A DNA stretch of 64,000 nucleotides from a candidate division FCPU426 bacterium (GCA_040756875.1 JBFLYH010000001.1:576001-640000); one strand, 5' to 3'; counted from the first letter of the stretch, positions 39,184 through 50,051 are shown. Made by a program: numbers and translations. The notes: generated by a model not told the origin, from the sequence alone.

Positions 39184-42100
39184 GTGCTTGGCAATGCGCC
39201 CCGTTTAGCGGTCCGGCGTCCTGTTTTGGTGGCCATGATTTTTGTGGCTATCATTTTGTTGGGCGTCATTTCCTACATGCGCCTGCCCCGCGAGCTGTTT
39301 CCTCCCATTACATTCCCGCAGCTTACGGTCATGACCAATTATGAAAATGCAGCGCCCGAAGAAATTGAAGTGCTGATCACCAAGCCCATTGAAGAGGCAT
39401 GCAGTTCGGTCAACAACATCAAACGCATCAGTTCGACCTCCCGCGAAGGCGTTTCGCTGGTCATGCTTGAATTCGGCTGGGGCACGTCCATGGATTTTGC
39501 GGCCTTGAACGTCCGCGAAAAGATCGACTTGGTCAAGGAAAAGCTGCCTCGGGATTCCGAGGACCCGATCGTCATGAAATTCAACCCCTTTGAGCTCCCG
39601 GTCATGACGCTTTCGGTATCCGCCGACCTGCCGCTCTATGAAATACGTGAAATTTCAAAAAAAATAATTAAAAACCAGCTGGAAAAGGCTGAAGGAGTGG
39701 CTGCGGTACAGATCACGGGCGGCCTGGAGCGGGAAATTCTCGTCACCCTGGATTTGGGCCGTCTCAATGCGGCCAAGCTTTCCTCGCTGTCCGTTATGGA
39801 AGCCTTGAAGAATTCGAACGTCAATTATCCGGCAGGCACCATCCATGGGCATTTTTACGATTATCTGATCAGAACCATGGGCGAATTTACCTCGCTGGAG
39901 GATATTGAAGCTTCGCCTGTGGGATTGGATAAAAGCGAGGAATACGAGGCCCAGGAACAGCAAGAACTCAACATCACCCAAACACCGCTCACCGAACCGT
40001 CGGACGAGGAAAAACGCCTGGTCGACAACCGGGTGGTGCTGCTCAACGATGTAGGTGAAGTGCACGACGCCTTCAAAGACATCACTTCGATTTCCAGGTA
40101 TAATGGGCGGGAAAACGTTTCCGTTACGGTACAGAAACAGGCCGGAAGCAACACCTTGCAGGTGGTGGAAAACGTAAAGAAAGCTCTGAAATTGCTGAAA
40201 TCCGATCTGCCCAAAGGGCGAAATATCCGGATTACCACGGTATATGACCAGTCGATTTTCGTGCGCCAGTCCATCAATCGTGTTTTTGAAGATGCCATCG
40301 TCGGAGGCATCCTGGCTTTTCTCGTTATCCTGATTTTCCTCCGCAACTTGCGCAGTTCGACCATTGTCATCACCTCTATTCCTACCTCGATTCTGGCCAC
40401 TTTCTCGTTGATGTATTTTTCCGACATCACTCTGAACATGATGTCGTTGGGCGGTTTGGCGTTGGGCATCGGACGATTGGTCGACGATGCCATCGTAGTC
40501 ATAGAAAACATTTACCGTCATTGCCAGCTGGGCTTGAAACCCAAGGAAGCGGCGGTTGTGGGGGCCAGCGAAGTCTCCAATGCCATCATCGCTTCTACGC
40601 TGACTACAATCGTCGTTTTTCTTCCGATGATCTTTGTCAAGGGAGTAGCAGGCCAGCTTTTTTCACATATGGCCTTGACCGTCACTTTTTCTTTGCTCGC
40701 CTCCATGATTGGCGCCATGCTTTTAATACCCATGCTGGTATCCCGGGGCGGGGAAAACCAGTTACAGGAACTTCAATTTTTGCGCTTTTTTGAGAAGTTT
40801 TTAGACAAGGTGGAAGCGTTTTTCCTCAACGTGCTTCATTGGTTCCTCAATAACAGAATGAAATCCTTGGGTTCCGTCTTGATTGTGTTCGTCGCCAGCA
40901 TGTTCCTGGTTATCCCCATTAAAAAGGAATTCATGCCCAAGGTTGACCAAGGCCAGTTTGTCATTAAAATCAATCTTCCGACAGGCGCCTTGATCTCGGT
41001 GACCGATCGCGTGGCCCATCAGTTGGAGGACGTGTTGCTTTCGACGCCGGAAATCTACGACGTTACGCTGAACGTCGGTTCGTCCAAAGACGACGAACTC
41101 GGGCAAACGGCCGAATCCATGGGGCCGCATCAGGCGACGGTAATGGTCAACCTCAAGAAAGAACGCAAACGTTCGACCACGGACGTTGTGCAGGAGGTAA
41201 AAGCCCGGGTGGAAAAGGTAGATACCGGTCCGGCCCGCTTTGAGTATATGGTGCAGGACAGCGCCTTACAGGTTTCGGCCTTCACCGGTGGCGCACCGGT
41301 AGCGGTCATCATCAAGGGCCCGGACCTCAATCTAATGGAAAAAATGACCAAAGACATCGAAATGATGTTGATGGAAATCAAGGGTATCTACGGCATTAAA
41401 AACAGTTTGGTGGAGGAGGCGCCGGAGACAAAAGTCTATATTCAACGCGACAAAGCCGCGCTGTATAATTTATCCGTGGATGACATCTCCCGCACCGCCA
41501 AACTGGCCATAAAAGGCAATACGGAGACCAAGTTCAAGGAGCCCGGCAAAGACGAAGTGGATATACGCGTACGGCTGCGCGAGGAAGACCGCTCCAATGT
41601 GGCGGATCTGCGCCAGCTTTTCATCCATTCGCCGTTGGAAATGCAGGTGCCGCTGAACGAAGTGGCATACATCGGGGTGGGTGTGGGTCCGTCCGAAATC
41701 CGCCGTCAGGACCGGCAGCGGTACATCATGGTGACTGCCAACCTTTATAAGCGAAGCCTCAATGAAGTCATCACCGAACTACGAACCCGGCTCGCCAAGT
41801 ATCCCATTCCCGACCAGTATTTCATCGATTTCAGCGGCGAAAGCGAGCAAATGGCGGAATCGTTTCAAAGTCTGGTGTTCGCCCTCGCGCTCGCGATCCT
41901 GCTCGTCTATATGATTATGGCCTCGCAGTTCGAGTCACTCATTCAACCCTTCATCATCATGTTTTGCGTGCCCCTGTCCCTAATCGGCGTCATGTTGATT
42001 CTCTTTTTAACGGCCACGCCCATCTCGATCGTTGTTATTATCGGCATGATCATGTTAATCGGGATTGTTGTGTCCAATGGCATCATCCTCATTGATTACA

Positions 42101-42399
42101 CTAATTTATTGCGTGATCAGGGAGTGATGCCCGAAGACGCCATTGTACGCGCCAGTAAAGTCCGCATGCGGCCCATTCTTATGACGGCTTTTTCCACGGT
42201 CATCGCCTTAGTGCCCTTGGCACTGGCGATTGGAGAAGGCGCGGAATTAATGGCGCCCTTGGCAGTGACAGTCATTGGCGGATTGACTTCGTCCACCTTC
42301 CTGACCATCGTGGTGATTCCGGTCATTTACCTAATCACTGAAGAAGCCTACCAGCGGTTGACGCTGTTGATCAGGCGTCCGGTCGAGGAGGTCTCCTAA
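39184..42399 (+). CDS. RND permease subunit 1 (AcrB/MdtBC-like)
   Basis: RRPV, PEEIEVLITKPIEE, TM4 VDDAIVVIENI, RMRPILMT, IGGL. Confidence 0.95.
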   Translation: MLGNAPRLAVRRPVLVAMIFVAIILLGVISYMRLPRELFPPITFPQLTVMTNYENAAPEEIEVLITKPIEEACSSVNNIKRISSTSREGVSLVMLEFGWGTSMDFAALNVREKIDLVKEKLPRDSEDPIVMKFNPFELPVMTLSVSADLPLYEIREISKKIIKNQLEKAEGVAAVQITGGLEREILVTLDLGRLNAAKLSSLSVMEALKNSNVNYPAGTIHGHFYDYLIRTMGEFTSLEDIEASPVGLDKSEEYEAQEQQELNITQTPLTEPSDEEKRLVDNRVVLLNDVGEVHDAFKDITSISRYNGRENVSVTVQKQAGSNTLQVVENVKKALKLLKSDLPKGRNIRITTVYDQSIFVRQSINRVFEDAIVGGILAFLVILIFLRNLRSSTIVITSIPTSILATFSLMYFSDITLNMMSLGGLALGIGRLVDDAIVVIENIYRHCQLGLKPKEAAVVGASEVSNAIIASTLTTIVVFLPMIFVKGVAGQLFSHMALTVTFSLLASMIGAMLLIPMLVSRGGENQLQELQFLRFFEKFLDKVEAFFLNVLHWFLNNRMKSLGSVLIVFVASMFLVIPIKKEFMPKVDQGQFVIKINLPTGALISVTDRVAHQLEDVLLSTPEIYDVTLNVGSSKDDELGQTAESMGPHQATVMVNLKKERKRSTTDVVQEVKARVEKVDTGPARFEYMVQDSALQVSAFTGGAPVAVIIKGPDLNLMEKMTKDIEMMLMEIKGIYGIKNSLVEEAPETKVYIQRDKAALYNLSVDDISRTAKLAIKGNTETKFKEPGKDEVDIRVRLREEDRSNVADLRQLFIHSPLEMQVPLNEVAYIGVGVGPSEIRRQDRQRYIMVTANLYKRSLNEVITELRTRLAKYPIPDQYFIDFSGESEQMAESFQSLVFALALAILLVYMIMASQFESLIQPFIIMFCVPLSLIGVMLILFLTATPISIVVIIGMIMLIGIVVSNGIILIDYTNLLRDQGVMPEDAIVRASKVRMRPILMTAFSTVIALVPLALAIGEGAELMAPLAVTVIGGLTSSTFLTIVVIPVIYLITEEAYQRLTLLIRRPVEEVS

Positions 42400-42402
42400 T
42401 CC

Positions 42403-45400
42403 ATGGGGATGACGGCTTATTTCGTCAAACGACCGGTGACGATCAGCATGATTTTCCTTGGGATCACAGTGTTGGGTGTTGTTTCTTTGGCCCAACTTCC
42501 CGTGGAACTCATGCCCAATACCAGTTATCCCGTGGTTACCATCAATATCAATTACCCCGGCGTGCCACCCACCGAAGTTGAAAGCATGGTGACCATGAAA
42601 GTCGAGGAATCGGTCGCCACGGCCGCCCATCTGAGGAATATCGAGTCCTCTTCGGAGGATGGCAAATCCGAAACCATATTGGAATTCGAGCCGGGCACGG
42701 ATATGAATTTTGCGGCCCTTGAGGTACGCGAAAAATTCGCCAAAGTCCGCAACAAATTGCCCGAGGGCATCCGCAAGCCGATTTTAGGCAAGTACGACGT
42801 GGCCGATGCGCCTATCATGATCATGGCCATGCTCTCGGACACAGTCGCCACCGAATACATGCGTGAAATTGCGGACAAGGAATTAAAGGAACCGTTGAAC
42901 CGCGTTTCCGGAGTCTCCAACGTGGAGGTTTCCGGCGGACGAGAGCGGAAAATCCTGGTCGAAGTCGACCAAAGCCGTATTCAATCCTACGGGCTTTCCA
43001 TCGAACATATTGTGAAAGTCTTACATGATAACAACGTCAATCTCTTGGCGGGCAATTATGAGCGCGGCGATTACCGCTATCTGGTTCGCGCCATCGGCCA
43101 GTTCAACTCCATTAACGGCATCAAGCAGATCGGTGTGGCGGCAACACAGGAAGGGATGATCATTCGGCTGGGCGATGTTGCACGGGTATCAGATTCGTTT
43201 TTGGAAGCCGCCGGGTACGCACGTTACGATACGGCGGATACTGTATCGCTCTACATTCATAAAGAACGCCAGGCGAACACCATTCAGGTTTGCGACGGTA
43301 TTAAAGTGGCGATTAAGGAACTTGAGAAAAAGTTAAGGAGCGGAATCCGCTTGGTCACGGTTTTGGACCAATCGATCGGCATCCGCAGCGCCATTTCGAC
43401 GGTCAAGGATTCCTTGATCGAAGGGGCCATTCTGGCTGCGCTTATTCTGGTCATTACGCTGCGGAATTTTCGCAGCCCGTTGATCATTGCGGTTTCCATT
43501 CCCTTGGCCATTATCGCCACTTTTGTTCCCATGTTTTTCATGAACATCACCTTGAACACCATGACGCTCTCCGGGTTGGCGCTAGCCAGCGGTAGTTTGG
43601 TCGATGCGAGTATTGTCGTGCTGGATAATATTTTCAAACGGAACCGGGAGGGCATGCCGCTGAAGGAAGCGGTAGTGGTGGGGACCGAGGAAATGGGCCT
43701 GGCCATTGTTGCTTCGACTATCACGACGGTGGTGGTTTTTCTGCCCATGATCTTCGTTAACAAGGAAGTTCGCATGTTGTATGAAGGTCTGGCCATGACG
43801 GTTATTTTTTCCTTGATGGCCTCCTTGGTTGTAGCCCAAACTCTCCTGCCGGTAATTGCCGTGAAACTATTGAAGGCGGAAACAGTAGAGGTCAAACCTT
43901 GGACATACCGGGTCTATCCGAGTATCAAACAGGTATTTTTCACTGTTTATCGCAAATTACTTGGGTTGGCCATCCGTTTCCGTTATCCATTTTTAGGCAT
44001 AATGGTCCTGATGCTAGGAGTGGCGGTGTTTCTGAACACCAAGCTAGGTTCGGAATTTATGGGAAGCGTGGAACAAAACAAAGTGACAGTCAACCTCACG
44101 CTTCCAGCCGGGACCAAGCTGGACATTTCCAATGATATTGTCAAGCGCGTGGAACGGTTTTTGGCCAAAGTGCCGGAAGTGGAAAGCCTGTCATCCTTGG
44201 TAGAACAAAACCGGTCGGAAATCCACGTGGAATTCAAACCATCGGCCCAGCGTCGCCGTTCCACCAAGGAAATTCTAGACGATCTGCGTCCGCAATTGGC
44301 CCAGTTCCGTCCGGCTTATGTCTATTTCGAGGAAAAACAGGAAGTGGGCACTAAGACGCTGGTTTTGGACTTGTTTGGATATGATTATGTTATCCTGAAG
44401 CAACTCGCGATTTCCATCGCCAACCGCATGGAAACGCTTCCGGGTATGACGGATGTCCGCATCCGCATGAAGGAAGGGCGTCCGGAAATGCGTTTCATCG
44501 TGGATAAAGCCAAGGCCGCGGGATTTGATTTGAATGTTAAAACGCTGGCCGAGGAAATCAACACGCAGATGCGCGGTGTCATTGCCACCAATTATCACAC
44601 GGAAAGCACTGAAATCGAGACGATCGTACGCCTGCAGGAGCAGTTCCGCAAATCCCTGGATGACGTCAATAAATTGACGGTCGCCGCTCCCAACGGAGAC
44701 CAGATTTACTTATCGCAAATCGGCACTTTTTCACCAGGATTGGGGCCGTCGGAAATTTGGCGTAAAAATAAGTCCCGGATGATCCAAACTTCGGCCACGG
44801 TTTCCACGGACCTCGGCTCGGCAGTTAAAAAAGTCAGGGATGCCCTGACAGCCATTGATTTCCCAAAAGGATACTATTACCGTTTTGGCGGAAATTACGA
44901 AAAAATGATGGAGAGCTCACGCCAACTGTCGATGGCGGTTGTTTTAACTGTTATTCTGGTCTATATGGTATTGGCGGCGTTCTTCGAATCTTATTACCAG
45001 CCTTTTATCATTATGATATCCGTAGTCATGGCGGTTATTGGCGTAGTTATCGCCCTATACATCACCGGCAAACCGAAAAGCGTGGGTGTGTTCATCGGCA
45101 TGTTGATGCTGGCAGGCATGGTCGTCAACCCGGCGATCATCTTGGTGGATACGATCAACCAATTGACCCTGGAAGGGAAGAAACTCTACCGGGCTATTTT
45201 GTTGGCCTCGCAAAGCCGTTTACGGCCCATATGGATGACCGTATCCACGGCTATTTTGGGTTTATTGCCCATGGCGGTGGACACCAGTGAAAGTTCCAAC
45301 CTCTGGTCGCCTTTGGCCATCACCGTGGTGGGAGGATTGACGACGAGTACGATTTTAACTCTGTTGTTTGTGCCTTCGATCTATATTATTTTTGAGGATA

Positions 45401-45492
45401 TAGGCGCCTTAATCAGGAAAATATTTAATTGGCTACGGGTGAAAGTATTGGGTCTTGCACCTGTGCATACAACGCAACATGGCCCAGCCTAG
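42403..45492 (+). CDS. RND permease subunit 2
   Basis: KRPV, TM4 VDASIVVLDNI, RLRPIWMT, VGGL; starts 3 bp after subunit 1. Confidence 0.95.
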   Translation: MGMTAYFVKRPVTISMIFLGITVLGVVSLAQLPVELMPNTSYPVVTININYPGVPPTEVESMVTMKVEESVATAAHLRNIESSSEDGKSETILEFEPGTDMNFAALEVREKFAKVRNKLPEGIRKPILGKYDVADAPIMIMAMLSDTVATEYMREIADKELKEPLNRVSGVSNVEVSGGRERKILVEVDQSRIQSYGLSIEHIVKVLHDNNVNLLAGNYERGDYRYLVRAIGQFNSINGIKQIGVAATQEGMIIRLGDVARVSDSFLEAAGYARYDTADTVSLYIHKERQANTIQVCDGIKVAIKELEKKLRSGIRLVTVLDQSIGIRSAISTVKDSLIEGAILAALILVITLRNFRSPLIIAVSIPLAIIATFVPMFFMNITLNTMTLSGLALASGSLVDASIVVLDNIFKRNREGMPLKEAVVVGTEEMGLAIVASTITTVVVFLPMIFVNKEVRMLYEGLAMTVIFSLMASLVVAQTLLPVIAVKLLKAETVEVKPWTYRVYPSIKQVFFTVYRKLLGLAIRFRYPFLGIMVLMLGVAVFLNTKLGSEFMGSVEQNKVTVNLTLPAGTKLDISNDIVKRVERFLAKVPEVESLSSLVEQNRSEIHVEFKPSAQRRRSTKEILDDLRPQLAQFRPAYVYFEEKQEVGTKTLVLDLFGYDYVILKQLAISIANRMETLPGMTDVRIRMKEGRPEMRFIVDKAKAAGFDLNVKTLAEEINTQMRGVIATNYHTESTEIETIVRLQEQFRKSLDDVNKLTVAAPNGDQIYLSQIGTFSPGLGPSEIWRKNKSRMIQTSATVSTDLGSAVKKVRDALTAIDFPKGYYYRFGGNYEKMMESSRQLSMAVVLTVILVYMVLAAFFESYYQPFIIMISVVMAVIGVVIALYITGKPKSVGVFIGMLMLAGMVVNPAIILVDTINQLTLEGKKLYRAILLASQSRLRPIWMTVSTAILGLLPMAVDTSESSNLWSPLAITVVGGLTTSTILTLLFVPSIYIIFEDIGALIRKIFNWLRVKVLGLAPVHTTQHGPA

Positions 45493-45514
45493 ACCTCGCT
45501 CACAGGAGAATACT

Positions 45515-47464
45515 ATGCGTAGGTGGTTTTTAAGCATCTGCATGGCCCTCGGTCTTTTCGTCGGCCTGTCCGGATGGTTGTTGCCCGCGGCATCGGCCCA
45601 GGACGAAGAAGAAGAGATAATTTATGAAGATGTAACGGACGAAGAGGCCACTCAGCCTGCGGAAGAGGGCGCTGAAGAAGAAGTGTGGGAGGAATACATC
45701 GAAGAGCCGCAATCCGCAGCACCTGCCCCAACGCCCGCACCTGCGGCCCCGACCATGGCGCCCACACCCGCGCCGCAGGCCGAACCCGAAGATGAAGTGG
45801 TTGTAGAAGAGGAAGAGGAATATTTGCCTGAGCCGGAATTCGAAGCCCAACCGGCCAAACCGGCTCCGACGCCTGAAACAAAACAACAGACTTTGCCTCC
45901 GGTCATTGAGGAAGAGATGGAGGAGGAAGCCACCAGCGAGGAAGAGGAAATCTCAACGGAGGATTTTGGCGCCATCGAGGAAGAGGCGCCTGCAGCCGAA
46001 GAAAAAGGGCCCGAAGTCGAATATGAAGACGAATTCGGGGAGGAATACTGGGAGGAAGCACCGGAAGCCGCCCAGGAGATGGCTGAAATCGAAACAGCCC
46101 TCGAAGAGTCCCAAAAGATACCAACCGTGCTGACTTCACTGGAGGATTGTAAACGCGTCGCGCTGTTGAATGATCCGCGCATTCAGGTTGCCATACGGGA
46201 AGTGCGCTACGAACGCTATAAAGTGCTCCAGGCGGAGCGCGATTTCCTGCCCGCCTTGAAAGGCAATTGGGAAAAGCAGGAAGGTGAAACGGACACCAGC
46301 GGCGGTGGCAGTGCGGGCGGTGGCGGCAATTATAATGGATTGAAATACGGGCTGGAAACCACGCAGGTGGTCTTTCAGGGCGGTAAACTGACCTATACGC
46401 TGAAACAAGCCAAAACCGATTTGAATGTTGCCCGTAAAAAGTATGAACAAGCGAAACAGGAAGCCATCTACAAAGTGGAAAAAGCCTATTATGAGCTGGT
46501 CAAGACCCAAATGGTTTTTGAGATCCAGGCGGACCTTTCCAAAGCTGCGGAATCGGCCCTCTCCTTTTCACGCGAAGCCTATCGGCAGGGTTTGAATTCG
46601 TATCAGGAATTTCTCAACGTACAATCCCAAACCGACCATACCTATTACCAATTGCTGTCTTCGCAGCAGGACATCGCTTTGGCGGAAGTGGAACTTCGCA
46701 AGGCATGCAACGTTGATACCAGCATCGGCGTACAAATCAACGCCGTTTTGACCTTTACGGATTTTGACTTCAATTATTCTCTCGATGAGTGCCTGAGTCT
46801 GGGCTTTAAAAACCGTCCGGACCTGGCTGTCAACGAATTAACCACGCTTTCCGACCTTTACGGCATTAAAATTTCCATGGCGGAAGATCAGCCTAAAATC
46901 GAATTTGTCGGAAGCGTGGGTAAAAACGGCCAATCGCAGACCGGAGAAGGTCTGAACCTGAGCGACGAATGGTCGGTCAAGCTGCAAGCTACTTGGATCG
47001 TGGGCGCCAACTCGGCGCAATACAGCTGGGAAAAGAAAAAGAGCGTTCCGACCAAGTATGGCGCCCAAGACAACACCAAAGGCTCAAAAACCCAGTCTGT
47101 CTCCCTGGCCTTTTTCGATAAAATCGAGAATTTCGCCAACGTCGCCAAAAGTAAAGTGGACAAGGCCACTTCGGAAGCCGATCTGGTCGAATTACGGCAG
47201 AACGTGACCAAGGAAGTTGAAGAAAATTACTTTAATTACCAAAAAGCCATGACCATGGTGACAGCCTCCCTGTCCATGATTAAATTCAGGGAGAAGGATC
47301 TGGAAATCAACCGGGCCAAGCAAATGATGAATGAGATTCCGCTTTCACAGGTTTTGCAATCCGAATTACAATTGGGCGAGGAACGGGTAAATTATGTCCA
47401 GGCATTGTCGGACTATTACACTTCCATTTCCGGGTTGTTTAAAGCCATGGGTTTGTCTAAATAG
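45515..47464 (+). CDS. TolC-family outer membrane channel with long acidic N-terminal extension
   Basis: Signal peptide; Glu-rich segment; SLEDCKRVALLNDP, VFQGGK, VEKAYYEL, NRPDL: two OEP-like repeats. Confidence 0.87.
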   Translation: MRRWFLSICMALGLFVGLSGWLLPAASAQDEEEEIIYEDVTDEEATQPAEEGAEEEVWEEYIEEPQSAAPAPTPAPAAPTMAPTPAPQAEPEDEVVVEEEEEYLPEPEFEAQPAKPAPTPETKQQTLPPVIEEEMEEEATSEEEEISTEDFGAIEEEAPAAEEKGPEVEYEDEFGEEYWEEAPEAAQEMAEIETALEESQKIPTVLTSLEDCKRVALLNDPRIQVAIREVRYERYKVLQAERDFLPALKGNWEKQEGETDTSGGGSAGGGGNYNGLKYGLETTQVVFQGGKLTYTLKQAKTDLNVARKKYEQAKQEAIYKVEKAYYELVKTQMVFEIQADLSKAAESALSFSREAYRQGLNSYQEFLNVQSQTDHTYYQLLSSQQDIALAEVELRKACNVDTSIGVQINAVLTFTDFDFNYSLDECLSLGFKNRPDLAVNELTTLSDLYGIKISMAEDQPKIEFVGSVGKNGQSQTGEGLNLSDEWSVKLQATWIVGANSAQYSWEKKKSVPTKYGAQDNTKGSKTQSVSLAFFDKIENFANVAKSKVDKATSEADLVELRQNVTKEVEENYFNYQKAMTMVTASLSMIKFREKDLEINRAKQMMNEIPLSQVLQSELQLGEERVNYVQALSDYYTSISGLFKAMGLSK

Positions 47465-47465
47465 C

Positions 47466-47497
47466 CGCGGGACGGTATTGACGTAGCCGTCCCGCGC
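47466..47497 (+). terminator. Hairpin at the 3' end of the TolC gene
   Basis: CGCGGGACGG..CCGTCCCGCG stem with no U-tract. Confidence 0.4.
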
Positions 47498-47522
47498 GGA
47501 GAACCCTCGGCAGGTTCCCCCC

Positions 47523-47552
47523 TTGACAGTGCCGCGAGCCTATCAGTATAAT
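47523..47552 (+). promoter_or_regulatory. Consensus sigma70 promoter of the threonine operon
   Basis: TTGACA (47523-47528), 18 bp, TATAAT (47547-47552). Confidence 0.82.
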
Positions 47553-47636
47553 GCCGCTTTAAAAGTCGCCTTCGTGTTTGGCAAATAAAGGGAAAACCGC
47601 GCAGGGAAGGCCAAGAAAAGGGGACGGGAGTTCGCG

Positions 47637-48953
47637 ATGAGCGAAATGATTAAAGTGGGGTTGTTGGGATGGGGAACTGTCGGCGTGGGGGTGACGAAGG
47701 TATTTCAGAGGAATGCCGCGTTACTGGCCCAGCGCTCGGGAATCGAGATCGAGTTAGCCCGTATCGCCGATTTGAATTTGGAACGGGATCGAGGCGTGAA
47801 AGTCGACCGCAAGCTGTTGACGCCACGCGCGGAAGAAATCATCGACGATCCGGCCATTCAGATCGTGGTCGAATTGATCGGCGGCATTGAACCGGCCAAA
47901 ACCTTTATTTTGAAAGCGTTGAAAGCCGGCAAGCACGTGGTAACCGCCAATAAAGCACTCTTATCCGAGCATTGGGACGAGATCATGCGCACTGCCCGGG
48001 AATCCTCGGCGGATATTTATTTCGAGGCGGCGGTCGGCGGCGGTATTCCGGTCGTGCAGGCGTTGAACGATGGGCTGGCGCCCAACCGAATTCAGGGCAT
48101 CTACGGCATCATCAACGGGACATCCAATTATATCCTCACTCAAATGAAAAAAGGGCAGGATTTCAGCGAAGCTTTGAAGCAGGCCCAGGCCAAAGGCTTC
48201 GCCGAAGCGGATCCGACCTTGGATGTCGAAGGTGGAGACACCCGGCATAAACTGGTCATTCTGGCTTCGCTGGCTTTCGGCAAACGGGTGGATACGGATG
48301 ATGTATATGTGGAAGGCATCACCCATATTACCGCCCAGGACATTCTCTATGCGCGGGAAGAGCTGGACAAGGAAATCAAATTGTTGGGTATTGCCAAGCA
48401 AAATGAAGAAGGGAAAATACAGGTCAGGGTGCATCCCACGCTGATCCCGACTCAGCACCTGCTGGCCTCGGTCCAGGGCGTGTACAACGGCATTTATGTC
48501 GTCGGCGATGCGGTGGGCTCGACCATGTTTTATGGCAAGGGCGCCGGAGAGATGCCGACCGCTTCAGCCGTCGTTTCGGATATCATATTCATCGCCCGTA
48601 ATATTCACATGGGCGTCGCCGGCAATGTGCCGTCGGTCTATTATCTGCCGTCGCCGACCAAACGTAAACTGCCGGTGGAGCCGATCGCGGATCTTTTGAC
48701 CCAATATTACCTTCGCTTCACCGTGCGCGAAGAGATCGGCGTTATCGCGAAGATCGCGGGGATCCTCAGCGAAAAAAGCATTTCCCTGGCTTCAGTAATC
48801 CAAAAAGACACACATCGCGAGGACGCGGTTCCTTTGGTAATCACCACCCATAAAGCCAGGGAGAAGGACATCCTATCCGCCCTGGAGCAGATCGACCGGA
48901 TGCCGTTTGTGGTACAACCGACCTTGAAGATAAGGATGGAAAACATTGACTAA
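47637..48953 (+). CDS. hom: Homoserine dehydrogenase with ACT domain
   Basis: [58 protein letters not shown]. Confidence 0.97.
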   Translation: MSEMIKVGLLGWGTVGVGVTKVFQRNAALLAQRSGIEIELARIADLNLERDRGVKVDRKLLTPRAEEIIDDPAIQIVVELIGGIEPAKTFILKALKAGKHVVTANKALLSEHWDEIMRTARESSADIYFEAAVGGGIPVVQALNDGLAPNRIQGIYGIINGTSNYILTQMKKGQDFSEALKQAQAKGFAEADPTLDVEGGDTRHKLVILASLAFGKRVDTDDVYVEGITHITAQDILYAREELDKEIKLLGIAKQNEEGKIQVRVHPTLIPTQHLLASVQGVYNGIYVVGDAVGSTMFYGKGAGEMPTASAVVSDIIFIARNIHMGVAGNVPSVYYLPSPTKRKLPVEPIADLLTQYYLRFTVREEIGVIAKIAGILSEKSISLASVIQKDTHREDAVPLVITTHKAREKDILSALEQIDRMPFVVQPTLKIRMENID

Positions 48954-50049
48954 GCATTTGGGTATCATCGAAAACTATCGTTCCTATCTTCCAGTAACGG
49001 ATCAAACACCCGTGGTAACTCTGTTGGAGGGGAATACGCCGCTCATTCCCGCGCCTTCATTGGCTGCTCTGGTGGGTATTGAGGGATTTCAGGTTTTTTT
49101 AAAGTACGAGGGCGCCAACCCGACTGGTTCGTTTAAGGATCGCGGTATGACGATGGCGATTTCCAAGGCCAAGGAAGCGGGTTCCAAGGCTGTCATTTGC
49201 GCTTCGACCGGAAACACTTCGGCTTCAGCTGCCGCTTATTCAGCCCGGGCGGGAATTACCTGTTTTGTCATTTTACCCAAAGGGGCGATCGCGCTGGGAA
49301 AATTGGCCCAGGCCATGATGCACGGAGCCAAGGTTATTGCAGTAAATGGCAACTTTGACCAAGCTTTGGAAATAGTTAAAGTAATATCCGATAAATACAA
49401 TGTAACTCTTGTAAATTCAATAAATCCATATAGAATAGAAGGGCAGAAAACCGGCGCTTTTGAGATTGTTGAACAACTAGGCGGGAAATGCCCTGATTTT
49501 CATTTTATTCCGGTAGGCAACGCGGGAAACATTACCGCCTATTGGAAAGGCTATTGCGAATACCAGCGGCTGGGAAAGATCAGAACCCTGCCGAAAATGA
49601 TGGGATGGCAAGCCGCCAAATCGGCGCCCATTGTCGAAGGGCATGCTATTTCACATCCTCAAACCATTGCCACGGCCATTAAAATCGGAAATCCCGCATC
49701 CTGGCAACAGGCGGTGGCGGCCCGGGATGAATCAAAAGGGATGATCGGCAAGGTGACAGATGATGAGATACTGTCCGCCTACCGTCATTTAAGCAGGGTA
49801 GAAGGCGTTTTTTGCGAACCTGCGTCCGCAGCCTCGGTGGCAGGGCTGATAAAATTGGCCGGGGAAGGATATTTCAAAAAAGAGGCACCTTCCTCCAGCA
49901 CCGCAGTCTGCATTCTAACCGGACATGGTTTAAAAGACCCGGATCGCGCTATCAGCGAATCCGCCAAATTTGTGACATGCGCGCCTAAGGTGGAGGCAGT
50001 ACTGAAAATCATGGCGCTTGAACGTTCATCCGGAAACAAGGACCACTGA
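48946..50049 (+). CDS. thrC: Threonine synthase
   Basis: [16 protein letters not shown] (PLP lysine), [24 protein letters not shown]. Confidence 0.97.
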   Translation: MTKHLGIIENYRSYLPVTDQTPVVTLLEGNTPLIPAPSLAALVGIEGFQVFLKYEGANPTGSFKDRGMTMAISKAKEAGSKAVICASTGNTSASAAAYSARAGITCFVILPKGAIALGKLAQAMMHGAKVIAVNGNFDQALEIVKVISDKYNVTLVNSINPYRIEGQKTGAFEIVEQLGGKCPDFHFIPVGNAGNITAYWKGYCEYQRLGKIRTLPKMMGWQAAKSAPIVEGHAISHPQTIATAIKIGNPASWQQAVAARDESKGMIGKVTDDEILSAYRHLSRVEGVFCEPASAASVAGLIKLAGEGYFKKEAPSSSTAVCILTGHGLKDPDRAISESAKFVTCAPKVEAVLKIMALERSSGNKDH

Positions 50050-50051
50050 AA

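Noticed and set aside
47553-47636. Threonine attenuator, T-box or riboswitch in the hom leader
   Set aside because: Leader is short, with no Thr-rich leader peptide, T-box motif or terminator
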